Below are positions 7,194-15,844 of a stretch of 25,213 bases of DNA, piece by piece (the stretch's first letter is position 1; every line of letters begins with the position of its first letter). Under the pieces are notes generated by a model. It saw nothing but the letters and a program-made list of their open reading frames with translations. It was not told the DNA's origin and made no database searches. A program made the position numbers and the translations under genes. Source of the DNA: an uncultured virus (IMG/VR IMGVR_UViG_2744054782_000001) (Duplodnaviria > Heunggongvirae > Uroviricota > Caudoviricetes); IMG/VR virus record IMGVR_UViG_2744054782_000001, one strand, 5' to 3'.

Positions 7194-8462
7194 ATGGCCC
7201 TTTCTCACGGATCACTTCCTTTCAAAGAGCAGATCAGCTACTTCCGTGACAAGGTCAATTTGCCTACCCACTCATGGACAGACATCTACACTGCTGAACA
7301 TGACTACGCCTTCGTCGTGGCCGGTGCGATCAAGCGCAATCTGTTGACCGACCTGCGCGGCGCGGTCGAGAAGTCCATTGCCAACGGCACAACCCTGGAA
7401 CAGTTCCGCAAGGACTTCGACCAGATCGTCGGCAAACACGGCTGGCAGTATCAGGGCGAACGTGGCTGGCGCACCAACGTCATTTGGGAAACCAACCTGC
7501 GCCAGTCCTACAACGCTGGTCGTGAAGCGCAGATGGCCGACCCCGAGCTACGCAAACGCCGCCCCTATGGCCTGTATCGACACGGCGACAGCGCCCACCC
7601 GCGCCCTATGCACTTGGCATGGAACGGAACGACACTGCCTTTGGATGACGCGTGGTGGGCGACTCATACCCCGTCGTGCGGCTGGGGCTGCAAGTGCAAA
7701 AAGTTCATGCTCTCAGCCAGAGATGTAGAGCGCCAAGGCCTGACAATCGGCCCTGCGCCCGCGATTGAATGGGAAGACAGAGTCATCGGTAAGAATGGCC
7801 CCAATGGCCCACGCACTGTTCGCGTGCCAAAAGGGATTGATCCGGGGTTTGAATATGCGCCCGGTCAATCACGCCTGACGAACGCCGTGCCCCAGCCGCG
7901 CACCCGTGATCCCCTGCCGGCAATGTCAGCTACGCCAGCCACAGTTTCGACAACGGACCTGCCCAAGCGTCGTCCGACCGACTCATTGCCGCTACCTCGA
8001 CCAGTTCCAGCAACGCGACTACTCCCGGCCAAAGTCCAGGCACCGAAAGCGGTGACCCAGTTCCTGAGCGAGTTCGGGGCCACCGATACCACCCCCGCCA
8101 TATTCCGTGACGTAACCGGCGATACGCTGGTGATCGGCCAAGCGATGTTCACTGATGCCAAAACCGGCGCGACAGCGCTAACCCAACGAATCAAGCCCCG
8201 CGAACTGCCTTTACTGGCCGAAGCCATTAAGACACCCGACGAAATTTGGGTGCGTCTGGAATGGCAGCCCGATCTGGGCAAGGCCGTACTGCGGCGTCGC
8301 TATTTCGCGCACATCCAAGTCAAAGGCAAAGCTGCTCCCGCCGTGGCAGTGTTCGACCAAGACGGCGATAGCTGGACAGGAGCAACCGGTTTTGTTGACG
8401 ACAGCGAGCAGTATCTGGAGGCCTTGCGCCTCGGTGTTCGCCTTTATCGACGCACAGAATAG
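7194..8462 (+). CDS. Head morphogenesis protein MuF with C-terminal extension resembling a PBECR-type nuclease domain
   Basis: ETNLRQSYNAGR, RPMHLAW.G, P.CGWGCKC and IDPGFEY motifs; Pro-rich linker; C-terminal AIKTPDEIW...RRRY...G.RLYRR. AGGA RBS before ATG 7194. Confidence 0.9.
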   Translation: MALSHGSLPFKEQISYFRDKVNLPTHSWTDIYTAEHDYAFVVAGAIKRNLLTDLRGAVEKSIANGTTLEQFRKDFDQIVGKHGWQYQGERGWRTNVIWETNLRQSYNAGREAQMADPELRKRRPYGLYRHGDSAHPRPMHLAWNGTTLPLDDAWWATHTPSCGWGCKCKKFMLSARDVERQGLTIGPAPAIEWEDRVIGKNGPNGPRTVRVPKGIDPGFEYAPGQSRLTNAVPQPRTRDPLPAMSATPATVSTTDLPKRRPTDSLPLPRPVPATRLLPAKVQAPKAVTQFLSEFGATDTTPAIFRDVTGDTLVIGQAMFTDAKTGATALTQRIKPRELPLLAEAIKTPDEIWVRLEWQPDLGKAVLRRRYFAHIQVKGKAAPAVAVFDQDGDSWTGATGFVDDSEQYLEALRLGVRLYRRTE

Positions 8463-8470
8463 GAGAAACC

Positions 8471-9028
8471 ATGGCCGGTACAATGCTCGATGTCGTCATT
8501 GATACAACCAATATTGGTAAAGCCCTGGGCGAACTGTCCGAACGTTTGGGAGACCTGACAACCCCACTCAACGACATTGCCGAATACCTGCACCAGTCCA
8601 CTGACGACCGCTTCAGCAGGCAAGTTGCACCTGACGGCACACCTTGGGCACCGCTGGCCCCGTCGACGCTGGCACGCAAGAAAGGTGGGCGCATCCTGCG
8701 CGACAAAGGCACGCTGCAGGACACGATGCGGCACAGTGTCAGCAATAATGAATTGGCGTTCGGTACTGATCGAATCTACGGCGCCATTCACCAGTTCGGC
8801 GGCAAGATCGAGCACGCAGCAAGATCGCAGCAGGTTTACTTCCGTCAAGGCAAGCATGGTTCTGTCGGCAACCGTTTTGTGCAGAAGCGGAAATCCAATT
8901 TCGCGCAGTGGGTGACACGTGGTGCGCATTCAACAGATATTGCTGCGCGCCCATATCTCGGGCTTTCTTCTGAGGACGTCGGCGAGATTGTTTGGATCAT
9001 CAAAGACTATCTGCTCGCCCCATTTTAA
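8471..9028 (+). CDS. Virion morphogenesis protein (Mu gpG-like)
   Basis: AGGAG RBS; PDGTPWAPL, IL.D.G.L, YGAIHQFGG and ARPYLGLS motifs. Confidence 0.93.
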   Translation: MAGTMLDVVIDTTNIGKALGELSERLGDLTTPLNDIAEYLHQSTDDRFSRQVAPDGTPWAPLAPSTLARKKGGRILRDKGTLQDTMRHSVSNNELAFGTDRIYGAIHQFGGKIEHAARSQQVYFRQGKHGSVGNRFVQKRKSNFAQWVTRGAHSTDIAARPYLGLSSEDVGEIVWIIKDYLLAPF

Positions 9029-9176
9029 TGTTGGCTGCTTACATCGCCTGAGAGACGCGGAGCGCGGTGAGGTACATGTCCGGCTAGCTTGCGTCTCTAT
9101 AGGGCGTTAGGTGTGCGTTAGATTGGCTGCCAATGCTAGTCTGCCTCAATAGCCCCCCTTCTCAATAGGATCGTGT

Positions 9177-10265
9177 ATGGCAAGGATTACAAAAAGCCTG
9201 ATGAAAATTTCAAAACATCCATCAACAGGCAAGGTGTTAAAGGTTGCCGACATTGCTGCGAAGGCTGGTGTGAACATAATGTCAGCAGGAGCACCTTTGG
9301 TGGATGCCCTTTACGAAATCTCAAAAACGGGGGTAGGTAAGATCCGGGAATACGTCCATGCAAGGGATGATCGTCGAATTTTAGAATTTCACCAGCACCT
9401 CCTTTTTCGTGATGAAGTGCTTGACGTGGAAATGTTAGAAGGCGAATTGGACGAAGCGAATTTCCATGCGTTGATGCAAGCCTGCTTGACTGATATTGAA
9501 GATGAGAAAACAGTTCCATACGCACTTTTGACTCGGGCCATTGCTCTTGGAAAAGTAAAGCAAGAGCTAAGACGGCACTTTATTTTGTCGCTTAAAGATT
9601 TGGCTTGGGAGCACTTAGACTTCCTTAGACAGGCATATGTGCTTACCAAGTTCTCAATTATCCCTCCACAGGGTTCAGGTGCGCTTACTGCCGAAACCAT
9701 TTTGACAGGATATGTTCCCGGCAGCGTTGAGCACTTGGCCGTTGTCAATCTTACTTCAAAGGGCTTTGTTGCGGGCCTAGAACTGAGTGAGCTCGGAAAA
9801 GACTTTGTGACGTCTTGTTCTTCCAACGACGATCTGAACCCTGGAGCATATAACCTGCAGGTTTGGAGCGGTCACAAATGTGACATTATACTTTTAGATC
9901 AAGCGGGCGATTTTATGCGAGTGCTAGATCTTATTCAAAATGCCCTCAGAGACAAAGGAATAAGCTGTCTTAGTGGAACTGCAATGGAGGGGGCTCTTGA
10001 TCGCCGACAGGCAAATCCATACGCAAGCTGTGCCATCGTGGTTTTCAGGCGAGGGAAAATTTTAGAAGCTGAACGCCTAGAAAGTTTAAAGTACCGCGTG
10101 AAAGATAAGCCAGTAGTTCAGTTGTTGATCGACAGCGATGGGAATAACACTGTGGAGGAGCTGGTTGCTGCAGAAACACTGGTCATTAATAGTGCTGATT
10201 TGCAGAATGGTGCAAAACTGATCGTAGAAAAACTTGTTTCTCAAATAAATCTTAAACACCGCTGA
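9177..10265 (+). CDS. Moron 3: 362-aa two-domain hypothetical protein (Abi-alpha-like N-terminus, TIR/flavodoxin-like C-terminus by pattern)
   Basis: Long AT-richer ORF with AGGA RBS (9167-9170) and a candidate extended -10 TGcTAGTCT (9134-9142). The ORF is secure; the domain calls are by eye only. Confidence 0.85.
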   Translation: MARITKSLMKISKHPSTGKVLKVADIAAKAGVNIMSAGAPLVDALYEISKTGVGKIREYVHARDDRRILEFHQHLLFRDEVLDVEMLEGELDEANFHALMQACLTDIEDEKTVPYALLTRAIALGKVKQELRRHFILSLKDLAWEHLDFLRQAYVLTKFSIIPPQGSGALTAETILTGYVPGSVEHLAVVNLTSKGFVAGLELSELGKDFVTSCSSNDDLNPGAYNLQVWSGHKCDIILLDQAGDFMRVLDLIQNALRDKGISCLSGTAMEGALDRRQANPYASCAIVVFRRGKILEAERLESLKYRVKDKPVVQLLIDSDGNNTVEELVAAETLVINSADLQNGAKLIVEKLVSQINLKHR

Positions 10266-10302
10266 AACTCAGCGTCGCCGCCAGGTTCCTCAAACTGGCG
10301 GC
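10251..10302 (+). promoter_or_regulatory. Putative activator-dependent late promoter (Mu P_I analogue)
   Basis: CTTAAAC-accg-CTGAAA-ctCAG-N18-CAAACT-N6-ATG; dyad GCTGA-aac-TCAGC; same architecture as 21519-21571. Confidence 0.65.
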
Positions 10303-11274
10303 ATGAAGACACAGCTCGCCCTAAACACCGACCTCTCCGCTGCCATCGCTGATGGCAAGGCGCCCGACTGGGTCGAACTTATCCCGCCCGGCCCAAAGGT
10401 CTCAGGTCGCGACGGCCGGCAATGGCTTTTCGATGAACTCGCCGGGGCGCTGGTGCAGTCCAGCTTCACCGGCCGGGCGATTGACCTGCCCATTGACTGG
10501 GAACATGCCACCCAGCACCGCGCGACGAAGGGTGAAAGCGCACCGGCCGCTGGCTGGATCAAACAACTTGAAATGCGCAGCGGCGCCCTCTGGGGTTTCG
10601 TTGACTGGACGCCCCGTGCGTCGGCCCAGGTAATCAGCCGCGAATACCGCTTTCTATCGCCCGTCTTCGACTACGAACCCGACACCACTCGCATCGTGCG
10701 TCTGGTCAGCGCAGGCCTGACCAACAAACCCAACTTCCTGCTCACAGCCCTCAATCAAGAAACCCCGGAGAACACGCCAGTGAAGCTTTCACCTGCGCTT
10801 TTGGCCGCGCTCGGTTTGCCCGAGACAGCCACCGAAGAACAGGCCGTCGCGGCCACCACACAACTGATCAAGTCCACGACCCAAGCGCTGAACACCGAAC
10901 GGCCCAACTTGGAGCAATTCGTCCCCCGGGCGGATTACAACGCACTCGAAACCCGCGCCACCAATGCCGAACAAGCCCTGGCCACTCAGAAGAAGACCGA
11001 GCACGAAAAGGCTGTCGATACGCTGATCACCTTTGCAACCAAGGCTGGAAAGATCACGCCTGCCACCGTCGACTATCACCGTGCTGCCTGTCAGGACGAA
11101 ACCGGCTTGGCTCGCTTCAAGGCTTTTGTAGAAGCAGCGCCTGTCGTGGCGGCAGATACCACCCTCGGCGAACGCAAACCAGAAAACACCGCCACCGCTC
11201 TCAACGCAGAAGAACAACAGGTCGCCAAGCTGTTGGGTATGAGTGAGGCCGAATTCATCAAGGGCAAGGCGTAA
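10303..11274 (+). CDS. Head maturation protease/scaffold (Mu gpI-like)
   Basis: GRDGR, IDWEH, APAAGWI, WTPRA, YRFLSPVF and GLTNKP motifs; Ala-rich scaffold C-terminal half. Confidence 0.95.
   Translation: MKTQLALNTDLSAAIADGKAPDWVELIPPGPKVSGRDGRQWLFDELAGALVQSSFTGRAIDLPIDWEHATQHRATKGESAPAAGWIKQLEMRSGALWGFVDWTPRASAQVISREYRFLSPVFDYEPDTTRIVRLVSAGLTNKPNFLLTALNQETPENTPVKLSPALLAALGLPETATEEQAVAATTQLIKSTTQALNTERPNLEQFVPRADYNALETRATNAEQALATQKKTEHEKAVDTLITFATKAGKITPATVDYHRAACQDETGLARFKAFVEAAPVVAADTTLGERKPENTATALNAEEQQVAKLLGMSEAEFIKGKA
10780..11274 (+). CDS. Scaffolding protein (Mu gpZ-like) from an internal in-frame start
   Basis: In-frame GTG at 10780 preceded by GGAG (10767-10770), just after the protease domain; matches the known Mu I/Z arrangement. 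Confidence 0.65.
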   Translation: MKLSPALLAALGLPETATEEQAVAATTQLIKSTTQALNTERPNLEQFVPRADYNALETRATNAEQALATQKKTEHEKAVDTLITFATKAGKITPATVDYHRAACQDETGLARFKAFVEAAPVVAADTTLGERKPENTATALNAEEQQVAKLLGMSEAEFIKGKA

Positions 11275-11301
11275 ACCTGCCCCTCTATAAAGGAAGCTTT
11301 C

Positions 11302-12195
11302 ATGATCATTACATCGGGTGCCTTGACCGCGTTGTTTACTGCGTTCAAGGCTGAGTTCCAAGCATCACAAACCGCAACACCCACCGATTGGAAGCGCATT
11401 GCAACCCAAGTCCCGTCGTCGTCTGCCAGCAATACATACGGCTGGCTCGGGCAGTTCCCGACATTTCGCGAGTGGATGGGTGACCGCGTTCTCAAAAATA
11501 TGGCGGCGCACAGCTACTCCATCACCAACAAGAAATTCGAATCCTCGGTCGCAGTGCCTCGCGATGCCATCGAAGATGACGAAATCGGCGTGTACAAACC
11601 CCTCTTCGCTGAAATGGGTCGAGCGTCTTCCGCCCACCCCGACGAATTGGTATTCGGCCTGCTCAACGCAGGTTTAGAAACGCTGTGCTATGACGGGCAA
11701 AATTTCTTTGATCCCGATCATCCGGTCTTTCCCGAGACGGACGGCACCGGCACAGCAGAGTCTGTCAGCAACTTCAATGAAGGCACCGGCCCTGCCTGGT
11801 ATCTGCTTGATGTCAGCCGCGCCATCAAACCGCTGATCTTTCAGAACCGCCGCAACTACGCACTCAAAGCCATGACCAACATGGACGACGAGCAGGTATT
11901 CATGCGTGACGAATACCGCTACGGCGTCGATGCCCGCGTCAATGTGGGCTTTGGCTTCTGGCAATTTGCTTACTGCTCGAAAGAGCCACTGACCGCCGCG
12001 ACCTATGGCGCTGCCCGCGCTGCCATGAAGAACTTCAAGGCCGACGGGGGCCGTCCGCTCGGTATCAATCCTGGGCTGTTGGTCGTCCCGTCTCAACTGG
12101 AAGGCCCGGCCCGCAAGATTCTGGTCAAAGACGCCGACAACGGCAACGAATGGGCAGGCACCGCCGAAGTGCTGGCACCGAGCTGGCTCGGATAA
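11302..12195 (+). CDS. Major capsid protein (Mu gpT-like)
   Basis: YGWLGQFP.FREW.GDR, IEDD.IG.Y, CYDGQNFFD.DHPV, YGVDAR.N.GFGFWQ and LVVP..LE motifs. Confidence 0.97.
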   Translation: MIITSGALTALFTAFKAEFQASQTATPTDWKRIATQVPSSSASNTYGWLGQFPTFREWMGDRVLKNMAAHSYSITNKKFESSVAVPRDAIEDDEIGVYKPLFAEMGRASSAHPDELVFGLLNAGLETLCYDGQNFFDPDHPVFPETDGTGTAESVSNFNEGTGPAWYLLDVSRAIKPLIFQNRRNYALKAMTNMDDEQVFMRDEYRYGVDARVNVGFGFWQFAYCSKEPLTAATYGAARAAMKNFKADGGRPLGINPGLLVVPSQLEGPARKILVKDADNGNEWAGTAEVLAPSWLG

Positions 12196-12204
12196 GGGGG
12201 CGCC

Positions 12205-12723
12205 ATGACCATCGTTATCAGCGCCAAGCGCGACGGCTTCCGTCGGTGCGGTATCGCGCACCCCAGCACGCCCACGTCTTATCCAGACGATTTTTTCACG
12301 GAAGAACAGTTGGACGCTTTGGATAAAGAACCGCAATTGGTGCTCGCCTATGCGGCGGACGGATTCGACCTGGTGCAGGAGCCGCCCCATGAACCTTTGT
12401 CGCAAGTCGCGCTACCGCAAGCGCCCAACGCCTTGGAAGCAATCGAGCCGCAAGCGCTTGAAACAAACGCTACAGCTGTGGGTGATGCAGTGGTCGGCAC
12501 CGTCGGCCCGATCCTGGGCGACAGCGAGCATGGATCGAACGTTGAGGGAACTGGCCCGGTGCCTGTGACCGGCCCAGTGGACACTTCGAATCTCCACGTT
12601 AATCAGGAACAACCTACACACGATGATCCGACGGCCACCCTACCGGCACCGGGTGACGCAATCGAGCAGCCCGCCAAGCCCGATAAAAGCCGAGCTGCCA
12701 AAGCCAAGGACAACAACAAATGA
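12205..12723 (+). CDS. Mu gp35/HI1506-like protein with long disordered C-terminus
   Basis: AKRDGFRRCG.AH...FTEEQL..L..EP.L N-terminal domain; acidic Pro/Thr-rich tail. Confidence 0.8.
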   Translation: MTIVISAKRDGFRRCGIAHPSTPTSYPDDFFTEEQLDALDKEPQLVLAYAADGFDLVQEPPHEPLSQVALPQAPNALEAIEPQALETNATAVGDAVVGTVGPILGDSEHGSNVEGTGPVPVTGPVDTSNLHVNQEQPTHDDPTATLPAPGDAIEQPAKPDKSRAAKAKDNNK

Positions 12724-13211
12724 ACCTGTCGCTGCCAACCGCCACCCAGCTTCTGATCCGTTTCGGCGCTCGTGACATTGCCCAAATTGCTGCTCCGGAT
12801 TCAGGTCGGACAATTGAGCCAGAGCTGCTGGTAGCGGTGGCATCTGGAGAGCCACTGGGCGAATGGCCGGCTGAAGATGTGCTGATTGCGGCAGCAACGT
12901 TAGTCAGGATCGCCGACGCGGTGACCAGGGCGCGCAGTGAGGTTTCGTTTTACCTGCGCTTCCGCTCGGCCGCAGACGAGGCGCCCCAGTGGGTAACCGA
13001 CGATCTGGCCGAGATCGCCCGCTATCACTTATATGACGATGCCGGCAAAGAGGATTCAACGGTACGGGTGCTTTACAAAGACGTGATCAAACGTCTGGAA
13101 ACCTTGGCTTTGGAAGACAAGGAACGCGGGGCGTCGGACAGCGGAGAGTCTGGCTTGCAGATCAGCAGCCAACTTCGGCTGATGAGCCGCCGCACCTTGA
13201 GGGCGTTGTGA
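12720..13211 (+). CDS. Head-tail connector (Mu gp36-like, DUF1320 type)
   Basis: RFG..., EIARYHLY and YKDVIKRLE motifs; synteny. Confidence 0.82.
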   Translation: MNLSLPTATQLLIRFGARDIAQIAAPDSGRTIEPELLVAVASGEPLGEWPAEDVLIAAATLVRIADAVTRARSEVSFYLRFRSAADEAPQWVTDDLAEIARYHLYDDAGKEDSTVRVLYKDVIKRLETLALEDKERGASDSGESGLQISSQLRLMSRRTLRAL

Positions 13212-13777
13212 TGCTTGGCGAACTGGAGGACTTAATCGAAGCGCGCCTCAAGGAACTGAACGCCAAGTTGCCGCGCTTGGCGGTGGCAAGTTACGGCGGC
13301 GAATTGAGCGACCCGGATCTCTTGCCGGACTTACTCAAGCGCTGCCCGACCATCCTGCTGATGGTGCCCAGAGCTGCGCTAACGCGCAAAGCCCATGGCC
13401 GCTACAGCGTGTTGATCACGTTTCGCCTGGTCATCGCCACCCGCCACCCTCGTGGCGAACGGGAGACCCGGCGTGGCACCACGCCTACCGACATCGGCAG
13501 CTACGCACTTTGGGAAGCCTGCATGCACCAGTTGGTGGAATGGCAGCCCTGGGAAAACCGCGCCGCCATCCGGCCGACTGAACTCTCCAATCTGGTCAAC
13601 GGCAAGTTCGCGAGCGACCACCTCTCTGTCCTGGGGCAATCGTTCGTCATCGAACTGGACTGGGAGAGGCCGACAGAGGCGCTGCCGGATCTGCTCGGCA
13701 TCAACATGGCTTATCACTCGCCAGCGGGCAACCCTCAACCGGTGGCCACCGACAACGTCAAATTGGGAGACATGTAA
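13211..13777 (+). CDS. Neck/tail terminator protein (Mu gp37-like, DUF1834 type)
   Basis: SYGGEL and E.R.G...IGSYAL motifs; synteny; TGATG coupling (a GTG at 13208 is an alternative start). Confidence 0.8.
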   Translation: MLGELEDLIEARLKELNAKLPRLAVASYGGELSDPDLLPDLLKRCPTILLMVPRAALTRKAHGRYSVLITFRLVIATRHPRGERETRRGTTPTDIGSYALWEACMHQLVEWQPWENRAAIRPTELSNLVNGKFASDHLSVLGQSFVIELDWERPTEALPDLLGINMAYHSPAGNPQPVATDNVKLGDM

Positions 13778-13974
13778 TGCATGTCATCGCCGCACCGGGT
13801 CATCGGGTGCCCACAGAAACAGACCCGTACCAGCATATCGATCCAGCGCCTGCCGATTCGGTCGAGGTGCCGGACACTTCTTACTACCGTCGTCGGATCG
13901 CGGCGGGCGAACTGCTGATGAGCAAGAAACCGCGCAACAGTGCCAAACAACCCGCACAGGAACCCGTCGAATGA
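13777..13974 (+). CDS. Mu gp38-like protein (DUF2635 type)
   Basis: V.AAPG.RVP.E...VEVPDTSYYRRRI..GEL motif. Confidence 0.85.
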   Translation: MHVIAAPGHRVPTETDPYQHIDPAPADSVEVPDTSYYRRRIAAGELLMSKKPRNSAKQPAQEPVE

Positions 13975-15068
13975 ACATCGAGTTTGACACCATCCCCGCT
14001 TCAATCCGAAAGCCGGGTGCTTATTTTGAGTTCAATACCAGCTTGGCCGTGCGCACACTGCCGACCAATAAACAAAGCATCTGCCTGATTGTGCCGCTGA
14101 GCGCTGGAGCCACTGCGCAACCCAACGTGCCTACCCAGTTTTACAGCGCCATCGAGGCCGGGAAGCTGTTCGGGCCAGTTGCCGAAGAGATGGCCGCCGC
14201 TGCGATTACTGCCTATCGCTATGTGGCCATCTCCGCTGTGGGTGTGGTGGTAGAAGGCGATGCGGAGCCAAACATCGCGACCGCATTGGATGCGACAGCC
14301 TTGGGCGACTTCACCTTGTTGGTTCCTGCTTGGTTCAGCCAGACCGCGCTGACCGCGTTGCGCGGCCACCTCCAGACTTACACCGACTCAATCGAGCAAC
14401 AGAGCATCATCGGCGTGGCGGCACTGACCAGCACCTTGTCAGCGTCCACTACGTTGGCGGCGTCGCTAAACTCCGGCGCCATTACCTTGGCCGTTTTGCC
14501 TGGTACTGCATCGACAGCACGCCAAGTGGCGGCCGCCTATGCGGCTGTCATTGCCTCCGAAGAAGACCCGGCACGTCCGTTGAATACGTTGGTGCTCAAA
14601 GGTATCCAGGTTCCCGCAATTACCCAACGCCTTGGACGCACCGAACAGGAAACCGCGTTGGCCAACGGAGTGACACCGTTGGAAGTCGCGGCCGGTGACG
14701 TGATCCAGATTGTTCGCGCAGTGACCACCTACACCAAATCGGCAGCCGGTGCGACGGATGTATCGCTCTTAGACCTGACCACCATCCGCACACTGTATTA
14801 CGTGCGCAACGCCTGCCGCGAACGCATCCGACTGCGTTTCCCCCGCTCGAAGCTGTCCAAGAAAACCCCGGATGCCGTGCGCGGTGAGCTGCTGGACGTG
14901 CTGTACAAGCTGGAAGAACTGGAGATCGTCGAAGAGGTCGAGGCCAACGCCGACAGCTTGGTCGTCGTGCGTTCGCCCCAAGACGTAAACCGGCTCAACG
15001 CCGCTATTCCCACCGATGTCGTCAACGGCCTGCATGTTTTCGCCGGTCGCATCGACTTGCTCTTGTAA
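13971..15068 (+). CDS. Tail sheath protein (Mu gpL-like, short form, 365 aa)
   Basis: ATGA overlap with AGGA RBS; FDTIP.SIRKPG.YFEF, DPARPLNTL, RAVTTY, TIRTL.YVR and DVVNGLHVFA motifs. Confidence 0.93.
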   Translation: MNIEFDTIPASIRKPGAYFEFNTSLAVRTLPTNKQSICLIVPLSAGATAQPNVPTQFYSAIEAGKLFGPVAEEMAAAAITAYRYVAISAVGVVVEGDAEPNIATALDATALGDFTLLVPAWFSQTALTALRGHLQTYTDSIEQQSIIGVAALTSTLSASTTLAASLNSGAITLAVLPGTASTARQVAAAYAAVIASEEDPARPLNTLVLKGIQVPAITQRLGRTEQETALANGVTPLEVAAGDVIQIVRAVTTYTKSAAGATDVSLLDLTTIRTLYYVRNACRERIRLRFPRSKLSKKTPDAVRGELLDVLYKLEELEIVEEVEANADSLVVVRSPQDVNRLNAAIPTDVVNGLHVFAGRIDLLL

Positions 15069-15081
15069 GAGGTAAACCCAA

Positions 15082-15453
15082 ATGGCTGACAGTTTTGTGG
15101 GACAAATTGTTCTTGAAATCAACGGTACGGATTACGAAGTGATCAGTGTCGAACCTAGCCTCAAGACCGGGCGCAAAGTGGTCAAGACCATGAATCGCAC
15201 CGGTCGCGCCACCGGCACGGCCAAGGGTATCGAAGAACACGATCTGAAAATCTCAGTGGCCATTCCAAAATCAGGGGAGCCGGACTGGCGTGCATTGATG
15301 GACGCAAAGATCACCATCTACCCCGAAGACGGAGGTAGCAAACGCCAGACCTGGACAGGCTGCGCACTGCTTGAGATGGGCAGTAAGTACCAAGTCGAGG
15401 GCGAAGCCACCCGTGATCTGACTGTCGCAGCACTGAACTACTACCCGGAGTAA
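15082..15453 (+). CDS. Tail tube protein
   Basis: GAGG RBS; 123-aa beta-rich protein immediately after the sheath. Confidence 0.85.
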   Translation: MADSFVGQIVLEINGTDYEVISVEPSLKTGRKVVKTMNRTGRATGTAKGIEEHDLKISVAIPKSGEPDWRALMDAKITIYPEDGGSKRQTWTGCALLEMGSKYQVEGEATRDLTVAALNYYPE

Positions 15454-15457
15454 CTCA

Positions 15458-15844
15458 ATGACCGAACAAGCGAACAAACAGTGGGACGGCCTCACCCACA
15501 CTGGCGATTTACACCATGGCGTTTACTACTCCGGCGTGCGTCACAAGCGCTTCACCTTGCGTGTAGGCATGGCTGGCGATCTAGTGGCGGCCCAAGAACA
15601 CCACCCCAATGGGCCGTTTCAACTGGTCACCTTAGAGGTATACCGTCGCCAACTCTTGTCCTTGGGGGATATTCCACCTGAGGTACTGACCGTGGATCTA
15701 TTACGTGAAGCGCTGACCGAAACCGATCTAGGCGTCATTGCCGATGCTGATTTGGAACTGGAAAAAAAGCTCGCGCCGCCGAGCGCGGCAATGCCGAGTG
15801 GCGACGAATCGAACACGCCTTTATCCGCCACGGCTACCGATTAG
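15458..15844 (+). CDS. Tail assembly chaperone (G form)
   Basis: Between tube and tape measure; contains the slippery A_AAA_AAG at 15763-15769. Confidence 0.85.
   Translation: MTEQANKQWDGLTHTGDLHHGVYYSGVRHKRFTLRVGMAGDLVAAQEHHPNGPFQLVTLEVYRRQLLSLGDIPPEVLTVDLLREALTETDLGVIADADLELEKKLAPPSAAMPSGDESNTPLSATATD

Noticed and set aside
13452..13970. 538-aa version of the sheath ORF
   Set aside because: The extension overlaps the gp37- and gp38-like genes; the real start is the RBS-preceded ATG 13971.
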